Assembly: GCA_039799865.1 (NCBI GenBank)
Contig: JBDLRV010000046.1
Coordinates: 9,068-73,067, forward strand
Length of the DNA: 64,000 nt
From: Actinomycetota bacterium
Lineage (GTDB): Bacteria > Actinomycetota > Actinomycetes > Actinomycetales > Microbacteriaceae
Reading direction: 5' to 3'
In this document: positions 35,196 through 46,256 of the stretch, piece after piece
Layout: the number at the start of each line of letters is the position of its first letter
How positions within the stretch are numbered: position 1 is the first letter of the stretch
Notes under the pieces: model-generated
Told to the model about the DNA's origin: nothing
Database searches by the model: none
Seen by the model: only the letters and a program-made list of their open reading frames with translations
Position numbers and translations under genes: made by a program

Positions 35196-36710
35196 GTGAC
35201 CAATCAAAATCAAACTGAATCGAACAAAAACGAACAGTTTGACGTTGCCGTAGTCGGGGCCGGTATCAATGGGGCCGTTGCCTCGGCCGCTCTGACGGCT
35301 GCTGGCCTGAAAGTGCTGGTAGTCGACAAGGGGGACTTTGCCTCCTTCACCTCGCAGGAGTCCTCCAATCTGGTCTGGGGTGGAATCAAATACCTGCAGT
35401 CTTATGAGTTCTTGCTAGTTTTCAAGCTCTGTCTGGCTAGGAATCGATTGATGCGCGCTTATCCAAATCGGATAAAGCAGATCGGCTTTTTGGCATCACT
35501 TGGACCTAATGCTCCTTTTGGTAGGACCCTGGGCACGTTAGGAACTTTGTTCTACTGGGCAATTGGTTTGTTTGGAACACTCCCGCCTCGCTCTTACTCT
35601 GCGAAGAGGGCAAAGATATTGGAGCCGAACCTGATTACTGGCAGAAAGGCAGTGAAGTATTTTGACGCTGAGCTCCCTGACAACGATTCAAGATTTGTCT
35701 ATGACTTCATCGCGCAGGCAGTTTCAAAAGGTGCCGATGCTAGAAACTACACAGAGCTCATTGATGCACATTTTGAGGATTCTTGGCAACTTACGCTTAG
35801 AAGCGGCAGGAAACAGGAGATAGTTAGGGCGAAGACTGTCATTAATGCGGCTGGTCCTTTTGCTGCCAATGTTGCCAACATGCTTGGTGCAAAGACAAAA
35901 TCTCAGCTGGTATTTTCCAAGGGAGTCCACTTTGTCATCAATAGAAGGCTTACCAATCAGAATCAGGTTCTAGCGCTCTGGGATGAGCAGGAGCGACTTT
36001 TCTATGTTCTGCCCATGGGCGACAGAAGCATGATTGGAACAACTGACACCAGAGTTGAAAACCCGTTGACGGAAGTTACCGATGACGATATTTCCTTTGT
36101 GCTTAGACAAATAAACGATCAGCTAGAACTCAATGAGCCTATTACTCCTAGCCAAATAGTTTCAGCTCGCTGCGGAGTTAGGCCGCTCGTGGTTGACAGC
36201 CCTGCCCAGGGATCAACCCAAGATTGGCACCAGCTCTCTCGTAAACATGTGATTGAGGGAAACAAAGAACGCAAGGTTGTCACTATTCTCGGCGGCAAGC
36301 TAACGGACTGTCTAAACGTGGGCGAAGAGCTGATCGGTGAGCTAAATCGCTTTGGTCAGAAAGTGAAAGTTCCAGGCAGGTGGTTTGGCGAGGGCTCTCA
36401 GCTCAGAAAAAGTGAGTTCTTTAGTCTTGTCAAAGAAAGGGCCAGCACGGGAAGTAAGGAAATTGCAGAGGGTCTATGGAGAAGGCATGGCGAGGATGCT
36501 TTTTCCATTATTGGCGATCAAAAACTAGTCGATCTCTTTCCCGGACTCGGTATTACTGCCCAAGAGATTAGACACATAGCTCAGACTGAACATGTTGTGA
36601 CGAGGGAAGACCTTCTTCGTCGAAGGCTACCTATCAGCATGGCAAGATCCCAAAAGGAAATTGAGGAAAACAAGGAGCTTCAGTCACTATTCGTGGAGCT
36701 GGGTCTGTAG
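35196..36710 (+). CDS. glpD: FAD-dependent glycerol-3-phosphate dehydrogenase/oxidase
   Basis: VVGAGING, TSQESSNLVWGGIKYL, GTTD, GVRPL, GGKLT; divergent from glpK; GTG start 6 nt after TATGCT. Confidence 0.85.
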   Translation: MTNQNQTESNKNEQFDVAVVGAGINGAVASAALTAAGLKVLVVDKGDFASFTSQESSNLVWGGIKYLQSYEFLLVFKLCLARNRLMRAYPNRIKQIGFLASLGPNAPFGRTLGTLGTLFYWAIGLFGTLPPRSYSAKRAKILEPNLITGRKAVKYFDAELPDNDSRFVYDFIAQAVSKGADARNYTELIDAHFEDSWQLTLRSGRKQEIVRAKTVINAAGPFAANVANMLGAKTKSQLVFSKGVHFVINRRLTNQNQVLALWDEQERLFYVLPMGDRSMIGTTDTRVENPLTEVTDDDISFVLRQINDQLELNEPITPSQIVSARCGVRPLVVDSPAQGSTQDWHQLSRKHVIEGNKERKVVTILGGKLTDCLNVGEELIGELNRFGQKVKVPGRWFGEGSQLRKSEFFSLVKERASTGSKEIAEGLWRRHGEDAFSIIGDQKLVDLFPGLGITAQEIRHIAQTEHVVTREDLLRRRLPISMARSQKEIEENKELQSLFVELGL

Positions 36711-37574
36711 CTGAAGTTTTTCCTTCCTGGTTGGCCATTCAACAATCAGCATGGCTGTGAAGAGCAACCCACCTCCAAAAATCATTGCGAATGTCACTGG
36801 CTCTTGGCCAACAGCAACCGCAACCAGTGCGGTGAACACGACCTCTGAAGTAATAATCAGCGCTACGCGTGCCGGATCAATCAAAGTCTGTGCCCACGTC
36901 TGAACCCAGAATGCGATAACCGTTGATAGAAGAGCGGTGAAAAATAGTGCAAACCAAACCTCAGAGTTAGGTGGAGCTTGGTACCCATCTAACAGCGCGA
37001 ACCCCCAGGTGACAACGGCCATCCAACCGATTTGAGTCATAGCGAAGCGGTATGAGTTTCTACCTCTGCCATGGTGGCCAAGCAGGAGAATGTGTATGGC
37101 ATAGAAGACCGCGCAAGCCACCAGCCAAATCTGACCAAGCTGAAACTCAATGTCCGTGGCAGCTCCAGAGAAAATCGCAAGTCCTGTGAGGGCGATAAAG
37201 ATTCCAAGAGCTACCTTCTTGGTGACTTTCTCCCTCTTGACTAGCCAGGCAATTAGTGGAGTGAAGATCACATATAGACCAGTCAGAAATCCACTAGTTG
37301 CAGCAGTCGTTAGATCAAGTCCGATGGTTTGGGTTATGTAGCCAAGCGCCAAAAGAACTCCGAGGATAGCCCCGTACTTTACATCGCCTTTCTCAAAAGC
37401 AACTGCAATACGAGGTCTCAAAATAAGCATTGCGAGAAAAGCAATTGAGAACCGGGTTGCCAGAAAGTCCATATAAGGCTGTTGCTGAATTGCATCCTTC
37501 ATCAGTACAAAGGCAGCACCCCAAACAAAACCGACGCCAAAAAGAGCAAGTACGGCAAGTCGAATTTTGGTCAT
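36687..37574 (-). CDS. EamA/DMT family transporter
   Basis: About ten TM helices; WGAAF, RF.IA, QTIGL..T...SGFLTGL. Confidence 0.88.
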   Translation of the reverse strand: MTKIRLAVLALFGVGFVWGAAFVLMKDAIQQQPYMDFLATRFSIAFLAMLILRPRIAVAFEKGDVKYGAILGVLLALGYITQTIGLDLTTAATSGFLTGLYVIFTPLIAWLVKREKVTKKVALGIFIALTGLAIFSGAATDIEFQLGQIWLVACAVFYAIHILLLGHHGRGRNSYRFAMTQIGWMAVVTWGFALLDGYQAPPNSEVWFALFFTALLSTVIAFWVQTWAQTLIDPARVALIITSEVVFTALVAVAVGQEPVTFAMIFGGGLLFTAMLIVEWPTRKEKLQLQTQLHE

Positions 37575-37588
37575 CGAGACAGACTAGC

Positions 37589-39106
37589 TCAGGCCTTGCT
37601 GGCCGATGGTCCGGCTAGCTTCTTGGCCATAGATGGAAACACAATTCCATGCATTGGAAAGACTGCCCACCAGTAGAGATGTCCAAAGAGTCCTCGCGGA
37701 TGATACAAAGCTCTCTGTGTCAGTAGCGTCTTTCCATCCGCTCTTTGTTCAACTCGGAACTCGAGCCAGGCAAGTCCAGGAAGCTTCATCTCTGCCCGCA
37801 ATCTCAAAAGGCGTGGTCTATCAATTGTTTCGACGCGCCAGAAGTCCAAGGACTCCCCTTCTCTGAGCTTGAGGGGATCTCTGCGCCCTCTTCGAAGCCC
37901 AACTCCACCAACAAAACGATCCATCAAGCCCCTAAGCTCCCAAGCCCACGTGGCGGTTGAGTAGCCGTTATCTCCGCCGATTGCCTCTACTCTCTCCCAA
38001 ACCTGCTCGATGGAATCACTAGATGCATACCTTCGCTCATCCGTGTAGAGCGAACCACCGGCCCAGGAGGGGTCGGTCGGCAGAGGCTCCGAGTGCGTGC
38101 CTGGGGTCTGAGCTGACGACCAACGCGTCTCCACCTCTAAATCCCTAACTCTAGTTAGAGCTAGAGACACAGCTTTGCGAAAGTCGGTTAGACCACCCGG
38201 AGCATCGGGAACGTATTTTCTTATCTCATCGTTTCTTGCTACTACCTCGTGCTTTAGAGATGCAACTAATCTTTTTGCGAGCGTGACCGGCACGGGCGTT
38301 ACCAGTCCAATCCAACCGGAAGCTAGCTTGGGGGTCAGCACTGGAAGCGGAATGATGATTCTCTTTCTGAGTCCTGCAACGGATGCATAGATCTGCATCA
38401 TTTCCATATAGGTGAAAACTTCTGGGCCACCAATATCAAAATCGCGATTAATCTTTTCATCAATGGTTGCGCTGCCAACCAGGTATCGAAGGACATCCCT
38501 TATTGCGATTGGCTGAATTCTATTTTTTAGCCACTTGGGCGTAACCATGATTGGAAGTCGCTCCGTCAGATGTCGAAGCATCTCAAATGAGGCAGAGCCA
38601 GAACCAATCACAACCCCGGCTCTGAGCTCAATTGTTGGCACACCACTTGCCCTAAGAATCTCTCCAGTTATGGCACGTGCAGACATGTGGGGTGAGAGCT
38701 TCTCATCACCAGTTGTTATGCCACCTAGATAGACAATTCTCTTGACATTGTTTTTCTTTGCAGCCGTTCCAAAATCTCTTGCGAGCTGCTCCTCTACTTT
38801 TTCAAAGTCGTCAGAGACCATTAGGGCATGAAGAAGGTAGTAGGCAAGATGAATGTCCTTCAGTGCGCTATCAAGAACACCTAATTTGGTGGCGTCACCT
38901 TCGAATATCTCTACTGATTCACGCCAGGGGTAGTCCTGAAGTCGATGCGCATCTCGAACCAAAACCCTCACTCGATATCCGTGAGAAAGTAGTTCCCGCA
39001 CTAGCCGACCGCCGATATAGCCAGTTGCCCCCGTTACCAGCACCCTGGCCGGCTTGCCATTCTTATCCATGAGGGTGGAAAGGTCAGAAGTTACAGTCTC
39101 GATCAC
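37589..39106 (-). CDS. Atypical SDR (NAD-dependent epimerase-like) with DUF2867 domain
   Basis: VTGATGYIGGRL, GSGSASFEM, LDFWRVE..LRLRAEMKLPG.AWL; start uncertain. Confidence 0.88.
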   Translation of the reverse strand: MIETVTSDLSTLMDKNGKPARVLVTGATGYIGGRLVRELLSHGYRVRVLVRDAHRLQDYPWRESVEIFEGDATKLGVLDSALKDIHLAYYLLHALMVSDDFEKVEEQLARDFGTAAKKNNVKRIVYLGGITTGDEKLSPHMSARAITGEILRASGVPTIELRAGVVIGSGSASFEMLRHLTERLPIMVTPKWLKNRIQPIAIRDVLRYLVGSATIDEKINRDFDIGGPEVFTYMEMMQIYASVAGLRKRIIIPLPVLTPKLASGWIGLVTPVPVTLAKRLVASLKHEVVARNDEIRKYVPDAPGGLTDFRKAVSLALTRVRDLEVETRWSSAQTPGTHSEPLPTDPSWAGGSLYTDERRYASSDSIEQVWERVEAIGGDNGYSTATWAWELRGLMDRFVGGVGLRRGRRDPLKLREGESLDFWRVETIDRPRLLRLRAEMKLPGLAWLEFRVEQRADGKTLLTQRALYHPRGLFGHLYWWAVFPMHGIVFPSMAKKLAGPSASKA

Positions 39107-39149
39107 TCTTAGAACAACCCCTTTTCAGGCTGAAATCATCCGGTGGTTT

Positions 39150-40070
39150 TCAGACTCCCCAGCGCTCGATGGCAACAAACTTTGGGTTTTTACCCATGGT
39201 CATCCTTAGAACAACGAATTCAGCTGGGCTGAGGGTTGTGGCGGCCAGGATTTCTTCCTTAATAGCTGCTTTGGCATTGGCTGCCAGAGTTTGCGTGATA
39301 GTCGGAAGGGCTGGTCGGTGTGAGCAGAGAAGCGCCGACTTGGACTGATCAAACAGTGCCTCAACTGCCACTTTAGTTTTTCTAGGGCTTAGCTTTGAGC
39401 TCAGCTCCGTAAGTTGAGAGCGCTCGATGATTTTTTTCTTTCCAGCTTTGGCATAAGGCTCAATAGTTTGCTCGCACCTCTTCCAAGGGCTGGTTACCAG
39501 ACGCTTTGGTCCAAAGGCGCTGAGCAGACTCACTAGTCTCTTTGCCTGCTGCTTACCTTCGGGAAGCAGTGGCCGCTTGGCCTCCTGGCCTTTCCAATCA
39601 GCACGAGGAGTGGCCTGGGCATGCCTCAGAAGAATAAGTGCTCTAGTTTCTAACTCTTTTGCTTTGTATAGCTTGACCACATCGCTCAGCAAGTCTTTAT
39701 CGTGCTGGTAAGTGAGCTTTGACATTGCTTCGTCAGCTTTTTCCCAACTGATTTCCGATATCTCATCATTGGCACGGAACTTCTTTTTCTTCCAAGCTTT
39801 CTCTCGCGCCTTGGAGCTCCAGTAGAAGACCGTTTTTTCTTCGTTGTTTTCGACGCTGTAGGAGACTTGTGCAATTGGACGACCCAGCTTAAGCGAGATA
39901 CCAGTCTCCTCGCGCATTTCCCGCACCGCGGTCTCTGGGAGGTATTCACCCGGGTCTTGCTTTCCCTTGGGGAAAGTCCAGTCGGAATACTTTGGACGAT
40001 GCACTAGCAGAACCTCCAGTGCACCTTTATTTTCTCGCCAGCAGATAATGCCGGCTGCATAGATGGTCAT
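39150..40070 (-). CDS. MutT1-like NUDIX hydrolase with histidine-phosphatase domain
   Basis: HRPKY.DW.FPKGK..GE....A.RE..EETG Nudix box; LLRHA, TSP..RC.QT. Confidence 0.88.
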   Translation of the reverse strand: MTIYAAGIICWRENKGALEVLLVHRPKYSDWTFPKGKQDPGEYLPETAVREMREETGISLKLGRPIAQVSYSVENNEEKTVFYWSSKAREKAWKKKKFRANDEISEISWEKADEAMSKLTYQHDKDLLSDVVKLYKAKELETRALILLRHAQATPRADWKGQEAKRPLLPEGKQQAKRLVSLLSAFGPKRLVTSPWKRCEQTIEPYAKAGKKKIIERSQLTELSSKLSPRKTKVAVEALFDQSKSALLCSHRPALPTITQTLAANAKAAIKEEILAATTLSPAEFVVLRMTMGKNPKFVAIERWGV

Positions 40071-42181
40071 TATCGAGATCGCTTGTTTTCCAAAGTCAGA
40101 TTCATCATCTGATCTTGGTAATCGAGGTATTTGTTCTCTGGGTCTAAGGAAGATTTTCTTTGCCAGGCGCCTTGGTTATCTAGGCTCCACGAGTCGACTT
40201 CCTTGCTCATGCCAATGTCAATGATTCTTCTTAGCTGACCTATTTGATTAGGCTGGGCAATTCTCACCAGGGTCTCAACTCTTCGATCCAGATTGCGGTG
40301 CATCATGTCAGCTGAACCAATAAACACATCGGGATCGCCGCTGTTTTCAAAGTAGAAGATTCTGGAGTGCTCCAGATAGCGTCCAAGAACAGAGTTGACG
40401 CGAATCGTCTCACTGAGGCCAGGAACACCTGGGCGCAGAGAACACATGCCTCGGACAAGAATATCGATTTCCACCCCTGCCTTAGAGGCCAGGTAGAGCT
40501 CATCAATGATGCGCTCATCCACCAGGGAGTTGAGCTTGAAGGCGATTCTTGCTGCCTTACCTGCATTTTTATTGTCTGTTTCACGCCTAATCCGCTCTGT
40601 CAGACCTTCGCGAACTCCAACTGGAGAAGTGAGCATGGCCTTGTATTGAGGCTCAGACGCATAGCCAGATAGCAGGTTGAACAGCTTGGTTAGATCTTCG
40701 CCGACCTCTGGCCGAGCGGTTAGTAGACCTAGGTCCTCGTAGTACCTTGCTGTTTTTGGGTTGTAGTTACCAGTTCCGATGTGACAGTAGCGGCGCAGCT
40801 GATTTTCTTCCTGACGGATCACCAGCGAGAGCTTGCAGTGAGTCTTGAGTCCGACGAGTCCATAAACGACGTGAACACCTGCACTCTCCAGCTTTCTAGC
40901 CCAACCAATGTTGTTTTGTTCGTCAAAGCGGGCTTTGATTTCAACCAGGGCAAGCACCTGTTTCCCAGCCTCAGCAGCGTCAATGAGTGCATCCATGATT
41001 GGTGAGTCACCCGAGGTTCTGTAGAGGGTCTGCTTGATAGCAAGGACCTGAGGGTCCTGGGCAGCTTGTTCTAAGAATGCTTGAACGCTCGTGGCAAAGG
41101 ACTCATAGGGGTGATGAACCAGAATTTCCCGTTCTCGAAGAGCTGCAAAGATGTCGGCAGCCTCATCCTCGTCAGCTTCAAGATATTTGTTAGTGGTGAT
41201 TGGGTGTGGTTCAAATCTCAGCTCTGGGCGCTTTAGAGAAAAGAATGCACTCAGGCTCCTCAGATCAAGCGGCTCAGGAAGCATGAATACATCACTGCCG
41301 TCAATATCTAGCTCACGTTGAAGAAGGCTCAGAACTTTTGAGTCCATGTCTTGAGCAACTTCTAGTCGAACCGGAGGTCCAAACCTTCTGCGAAGAAGCT
41401 CCTTTTCAAGTTGAATCAAAAGGTTTTCACCTTCGTCTTCGTCAACTTCAAGATCTTCGTTTCTGGTCACGCGAAATGTGTGGTGTTCAAGAACTTCCAT
41501 GCCTGGGAAAAGCTCACCGAGAAACTCACCCATTACGTCTTCCAGCGGCACATACCGTGAGCTTGAGCCTGGAACCTGGACAAACCTGGGAAGCAGAGGC
41601 GGAACTTTTACTCTGGCAAAGTGCTCAGCCTTTGACTTTGGATTACGCAGCACCACCGCCAGATTCAGCGATAGCCCAGAAATGTAGGGAAAGGGGTGAG
41701 CTGGGTCAACGGCAAGAGGAGTAAGAACTGGGAAGACCTGCGACTGAAAATAATCATGCAGGGAGTTTTGCTCATCGGGGGAGAGGGTTGACCAGTGAAC
41801 AATGTTGATTTTCGCCTGGGCTAAAGCAGGCGCTAGCTCTTCAGTAAACAACTCAGCATGTCTTAGCTGTAGCTCCCTGGTTCTTTCAGAGATCCTCTGC
41901 AGCACTTCCAGAGGGCTAAGCCCGGAGGGCGAAGGAGTGGCAATTCCTGTGGCAATTCTTCTTTTCAAAGACGCAACGCGCACCATGAAAAACTCATCGA
42001 GGTTTGAGGCAAAGATTGCGGTGTAGTTCACCCGTTCCAAAAGCGGCAAACTCTTGTCTTCAGCAAGCTCAAGCACTCGTTGATTAAAGTCCAGCCAGCT
42101 CAGTTCTCTTTCTAAGAACCTGTCCTCGGGCAGGTCAGGAGAACCCTGGTGGGTGAAAACGATTGTTGTCTCATCAGACAT
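40070..42181 (-). CDS. ppk1: Polyphosphate kinase 1
   Basis: [55 protein letters not shown]. Confidence 0.96.
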   Translation of the reverse strand: MSDETTIVFTHQGSPDLPEDRFLERELSWLDFNQRVLELAEDKSLPLLERVNYTAIFASNLDEFFMVRVASLKRRIATGIATPSPSGLSPLEVLQRISERTRELQLRHAELFTEELAPALAQAKINIVHWSTLSPDEQNSLHDYFQSQVFPVLTPLAVDPAHPFPYISGLSLNLAVVLRNPKSKAEHFARVKVPPLLPRFVQVPGSSSRYVPLEDVMGEFLGELFPGMEVLEHHTFRVTRNEDLEVDEDEGENLLIQLEKELLRRRFGPPVRLEVAQDMDSKVLSLLQRELDIDGSDVFMLPEPLDLRSLSAFFSLKRPELRFEPHPITTNKYLEADEDEAADIFAALREREILVHHPYESFATSVQAFLEQAAQDPQVLAIKQTLYRTSGDSPIMDALIDAAEAGKQVLALVEIKARFDEQNNIGWARKLESAGVHVVYGLVGLKTHCKLSLVIRQEENQLRRYCHIGTGNYNPKTARYYEDLGLLTARPEVGEDLTKLFNLLSGYASEPQYKAMLTSPVGVREGLTERIRRETDNKNAGKAARIAFKLNSLVDERIIDELYLASKAGVEIDILVRGMCSLRPGVPGLSETIRVNSVLGRYLEHSRIFYFENSGDPDVFIGSADMMHRNLDRRVETLVRIAQPNQIGQLRRIIDIGMSKEVDSWSLDNQGAWQRKSSLDPENKYLDYQDQMMNLTLENKRSR

Positions 42182-42223
42182 AGGGAATATCTTGGCAGGA
42201 TTCTCTGAATCAAAGGTAAATAG

Positions 42224-42880
42224 TTAATCAGCTAAACTGCCCGGATCCAGCCGGTATCCCACGTTCCGAACGGTTCCAATCAGCCCCTCGTGCTCACCAA
42301 GTTTGGCCCTGAGGCGACGGATATGGACATCTACTGTTCGAGTGCCACCAAAGTAGTCATATCCCCAAACCTCACTGAGTAGCTGTTCCCTGGTGAATAC
42401 CTGGCTGGGGTGGTCATTTAGATAGCGAAGCAATTCAAATTCTTTATATGTCAAATCCAATGTCTGGCCACTGACTTTCGCTGTATAAGTAGATGTGTCA
42501 ATGACCAGACCGCTGCTCTGACCTCCAGCAATTCTTTGAATCTTCAGTCCCTGAATCAGTCGAATGCGCGCATCTACTTCGGCTAAGGACGCACTCTCAA
42601 GGATGAAGTCTCTACCACCCCAGTCGGAGTTGATGGCGGGAAGGCCACCCTCGTTCACCAGAAGTATCGTCGGCGATTGCCAGCTGGCAGCTTGAATAAT
42701 TCGTGAAACTAATTTCGCACCTGCCAAATCGCGTCGGCAATCCAGTAGCACCAGATCATGCCTTGGAGCTGTCACTAGAGATTGGGGGTCAAAGTCCCTT
42801 AGGTGAACCTGATGACCGAGGACCTCTAGGGGCGGTAGCGGGTTTTCGCGCTCGGGCGATATGCACAGAATGATTGCCAT
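42224..42880 (-). CDS. glnR: GlnR-like OmpR-family nitrogen regulator
   Basis: Atypical receiver; LTYKEFELL..L...P..VFTREQLLSEVWGYDYFGGTRTVDVHIRRLRAKLG. Confidence 0.85.
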   Translation of the reverse strand: MAIILCISPERENPLPPLEVLGHQVHLRDFDPQSLVTAPRHDLVLLDCRRDLAGAKLVSRIIQAASWQSPTILLVNEGGLPAINSDWGGRDFILESASLAEVDARIRLIQGLKIQRIAGGQSSGLVIDTSTYTAKVSGQTLDLTYKEFELLRYLNDHPSQVFTREQLLSEVWGYDYFGGTRTVDVHIRRLRAKLGEHEGLIGTVRNVGYRLDPGSLAD

Positions 42881-42946
42881 TTGCCCGCCCTTTACTTGCC
42901 CAAAATGATACTGGCAGACCAACCGCCTTTGGATAGAGTCTTTTTC

Positions 42947-43201
42947 ATGAGCAAGCAGTGGCTTCAGATCTCGCTGATTTGGGCGGGAGTTTTGGTGGCA
43001 GCGCTGCTGTCATTTATCTGGCTGGATGGCGAGGCCCGGTATGCAGCATTTGGTGCAATTGCGGCAAGCTCAATTGCCGTAGTCAGCCTCGAGCATCTGA
43101 TTTCTTCAAAATCTAAGGACACCGTTCGTCAGCAGGTCTATGTCTCTGCCGGCACACTCACACTCCTCGGACTGTTCACCCTGCTCTCCCTGATTAGTTA
43201 G
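42947..43201 (+). CDS. Small three-TM membrane protein
   Basis: ATG 42947 (MSKQWLQ..), 7 nt after TAGAGT; hydrophobic segments. Confidence 0.65.
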   Translation: MSKQWLQISLIWAGVLVAALLSFIWLDGEARYAAFGAIAASSIAVVSLEHLISSKSKDTVRQQVYVSAGTLTLLGLFTLLSLIS

Positions 43202-43210
43202 ACTTGACCC

Positions 43211-43321
43211 ATGCTCCTCGCAATCGAACTTGTTTTCACCGGCCTTTTGATTCTTGCCTCGCTGGCGATTGCTGCAGTTTCCGCCCTTGTGCTCTACAAA
43301 CTCTTCAAGGGCCAGCAGTAA
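43211..43321 (+). CDS. 36-aa single-TM small protein (MLLAIELVFTGLLILASLAIAAVSALVLYKLFKGQQ)
   Basis: Manual translation; leaderless signature TAGACT-N6-ATG; stop sits 1 nt before the next start. Confidence 0.7.
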   Translation: MLLAIELVFTGLLILASLAIAAVSALVLYKLFKGQQ

Positions 43322-43322
43322 T

Positions 43323-43898
43323 TTGTTTGTCCTTCCCGAGGATCTCCCAATCGAGCTAACCCCATTTGCATTTCTTGTTGGCAATTGGCAAGGCACAGGT
43401 GTTATTTCCTTTGGTGAAACTGAAACTGAATTTCGCCAAAGTCTGAGCTTTGAACCGATTGCGGGTGGAAGGCTCGACTATCAATCAACCGTTACTGATT
43501 TATCGGGTAAACCAATTTCTTCCGAGCGTGGCTACTGGATGCTCTCCCGGCCAAACGATGAATCAGATGCCGGGCCTGGTCTTGTTCCAGGAAGCGGAGT
43601 GAGTGCAATCACAGTCCGTGAGGACCTAGAGCTCTGGCGCAATAGCGACGGAGGCTTTGATATCGAGGCTCTGATTGTTCAGCCAAGTGGCGTCGCGGAG
43701 CTTTACTTTGGTCATATAAAGGGTGCGCGAATTGACATGGCCACTGATGCAGTTCTCCGCTCACCAAATGCCAAGGAGTATGCATCCGGTAAGAGGATGT
43801 GGGGACTGGTTGAAGGAGCTCTTCTGTGGGCTTGGGATATGGCAGCTCTTGGACAGCCGCTCAAGTCTCATGCATCAGCAAGGCTGGTTAGAAAGTGA
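43323..43898 (+). CDS. FABP/nitrobindin-like (DUF1794) protein
   Basis: LPIEL.P.AFLVG.WQG.G, E.GYW, RMWGLV.G.LLWAWDMAA.GQ.L.SH.SARL; TTG start at 43323. Confidence 0.85.
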   Translation: MFVLPEDLPIELTPFAFLVGNWQGTGVISFGETETEFRQSLSFEPIAGGRLDYQSTVTDLSGKPISSERGYWMLSRPNDESDAGPGLVPGSGVSAITVREDLELWRNSDGGFDIEALIVQPSGVAELYFGHIKGARIDMATDAVLRSPNAKEYASGKRMWGLVEGALLWAWDMAALGQPLKSHASARLVRK

Positions 43899-44857
43899 GA
43901 GAACACTTTGGAAATCCGCTGCTTGAGCAAAGAATGCTCGAAGAGGGAAAAGCCTATGTTGAGCGAACAGACCAGGAGGTCATAAGACTTTCAGGCGACG
44001 ATGCAAGATCATGGCTTCACGCTCTAGTGAGTCAAGACATACTCAATCTTGAAGATGGTTCATCCACCGAAGCTCTGCTGCTAGATCCTCAGGGTCGAAT
44101 AGAGCAGCAACTCAAAGTCGTTCGTGAGCGAGATGACCTACTTGTAATTGTCAGCAAAGAAAAGGCTCAGTCGCTTATCGATTGGCTTTCAAAAATGCGC
44201 TTTCGCAGCAAGGTTCAGGTTGAAAAGACGAACCTTCGCGTCTTTGGGGTGTTCGCTGGGGCTAGTGGGAAGGTATGGAGAGATTCTTTTTCCAACGAGA
44301 ACTCTTTCTCGGTTAGCTACAACAACCATAGGAAGAGCTTTCCTTATTGCGAGATCATCTCCCAGACTCCTCCGGATCTAACTCCAGCGGGACTAAGTGC
44401 CTATACCGCGCTAAGAATCTTTGCCGGCAGACCAGAGATATCCGACGTTGATGAAAAGTCGCTGCCACACGAGTTTGACTGGTTGCAATCTGCGGTTCAC
44501 CTATCGAAAGGCTGCTACCGAGGACAAGAGTCGGTTGCCAAGGTCCATAACCTCGGTCACCCGCCCAGAAGGCTCGTTATCTTGCACCTGTCCTCCGGAG
44601 ACGATCTTGCAAGTAAGTCAGACAAGGTCTTCTATCAGGACAAAGAGGTGGGCAAGGTCCTTGCTGGCGGAATTCACTATGAGGCCGGCTCAATTGCACT
44701 GGTGCTTGTGAATCGGAACACACCATATCTTGACCTTGCGGTTGAGATTTCTAATCGAAAGGTTCCGGCCACCCAAGAGGTGCTGGTTCCTGCAGATGCG
44801 GGCAAAGCGGCCAATCTTCCAAGGCCATCTAGCTTCAAACTCTCAAATAAGCGTTAG
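43895..44857 (+). CDS. ygfZ: Folate-binding protein YgfZ/GcvT family
   Basis: LLDPQGRIE, KGCYRGQESVA. Confidence 0.9.
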   Translation: MREHFGNPLLEQRMLEEGKAYVERTDQEVIRLSGDDARSWLHALVSQDILNLEDGSSTEALLLDPQGRIEQQLKVVRERDDLLVIVSKEKAQSLIDWLSKMRFRSKVQVEKTNLRVFGVFAGASGKVWRDSFSNENSFSVSYNNHRKSFPYCEIISQTPPDLTPAGLSAYTALRIFAGRPEISDVDEKSLPHEFDWLQSAVHLSKGCYRGQESVAKVHNLGHPPRRLVILHLSSGDDLASKSDKVFYQDKEVGKVLAGGIHYEAGSIALVLVNRNTPYLDLAVEISNRKVPATQEVLVPADAGKAANLPRPSSFKLSNKR

Positions 44858-44870
44858 CTAAACTGCACTT

Positions 44871-45617
44871 ATGACCTACACGTTAATCCTGCTCCGACAC
44901 GGAAATTCCACTTGGAATCAAAAGAACCTCTTCACGGGCTGGGTGGATGTAGATCTTTCGGACCAGGGTCGACAGGAAGCTAAGCGAGCAGGAGAGCTAC
45001 TAAAGCAGGCGAACCTCAAGCCAAATGTCCTGTTCACCTCAGTTCTCAAAAGAGCCATCAACACCGCGCACATCGCACTTGATCAAATTGATAGGAACTG
45101 GATTCCCACCTACCGGTCATGGCGACTAAACGAGCGACACTATGGAGCACTACAGGGACTGGACAAGGCCGAGACTTTGGAAAAATACGGCCCAGAGCAG
45201 TTTCAACTTTGGCGACGTAGCTATGACGTGCCACCCCCTGAACTTGCCGACACAGCAGAGTTCTCTCAAGCGAATGACGAGCGCTACCAATCGCTTGGAA
45301 AAGATCTTCCACGAACCGAGTGTCTGAAAGATGTTCTCAATCGAATGCTTCCCTATTGGGAAAACGAGATTTCAAAGACTTTGATGCAGGCTAATTCGGT
45401 CCTGATTACCGCTCACGGAAACTCACTGCGAGCGCTGGTGAAGCACCTCGATGGAATAAGTGATACAGATATTGCTGAGCTGAATATTCCCACAGGAATT
45501 CCACTGGTATATCGCCTGAATGAAAAACTGCAGCCAGAGAATCCAGGCGGAGACTACCTAGACCCCGAGGCTGCAGCTAGTGGCGCCGCGGCCGTTGCAA
45601 ATCAGGGAAAAAATTAA
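44871..45617 (+). CDS. gpmA: 2,3-bisphosphoglycerate-dependent phosphoglycerate mutase
   Basis: [36 protein letters not shown]. Confidence 0.96.
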   Translation: MTYTLILLRHGNSTWNQKNLFTGWVDVDLSDQGRQEAKRAGELLKQANLKPNVLFTSVLKRAINTAHIALDQIDRNWIPTYRSWRLNERHYGALQGLDKAETLEKYGPEQFQLWRRSYDVPPPELADTAEFSQANDERYQSLGKDLPRTECLKDVLNRMLPYWENEISKTLMQANSVLITAHGNSLRALVKHLDGISDTDIAELNIPTGIPLVYRLNEKLQPENPGGDYLDPEAAASGAAAVANQGKN

Positions 45618-46256
45618 TTACCACTCGCCGGTCTGCAAGAAGCTGACCTTGGAGCTGATGTCAACGACGTGATCAGCAAATCGTTCGAAGTAGCGCGAAG
45701 CCAAAGTGACATCAACAGTGAACATTGCGTTCTCTGACCAGGTTGATGCAAGAACAATATCAAATACCTTGCGGTGTAAAAGATCTACGGCTTCGTCTCT
45801 CGCCTGAATTTCTCTAGCGAGATCAACATCTGTGTTCTTGAGAAGTTGGATGGCTTTTTCCGCAAGTTCAATATCTATCTTGGCCATCTCTGTGAACGTG
45901 TCACGCAGCCCCTGCGGAATTGCACTTCCGGGGAAGCGGTAGCGAGCAATCGCAGCGATGTGGGATGCAAGGGATCCCATTCTTTCCAAAGAGGCACTCA
46001 TTCTTAGTGCAGAGACCAAAATTCTCAGATCTCTGGCGACAGGAGACTGGGTTCCCAGAATTTTGATGACTAATTCATCTAGATCAAGCGCCTTGCGCTC
46101 ATTACTGTCATTGAGAGCCAGGGCCTCATCGGCCAGGGCAACGTCTGAATTCAGGAAGGCGCTGGAAGCCTTTTCCATAATCGTCTTGGCACTCTGGGCT
46201 AAGGCCACCAGTCGCGTTTGAACTTCTTCGAGTTCTGTGTCGAATATTCCTGGCAT
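45618..46256 (-). CDS. phoU: Phosphate signalling protein PhoU
   Basis: Q.PVARDLR, LERMG, RYFERFADH; ATG at 46256. Confidence 0.92.
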   Translation of the reverse strand: MPGIFDTELEEVQTRLVALAQSAKTIMEKASSAFLNSDVALADEALALNDSNERKALDLDELVIKILGTQSPVARDLRILVSALRMSASLERMGSLASHIAAIARYRFPGSAIPQGLRDTFTEMAKIDIELAEKAIQLLKNTDVDLAREIQARDEAVDLLHRKVFDIVLASTWSENAMFTVDVTLASRYFERFADHVVDISSKVSFLQTGEW

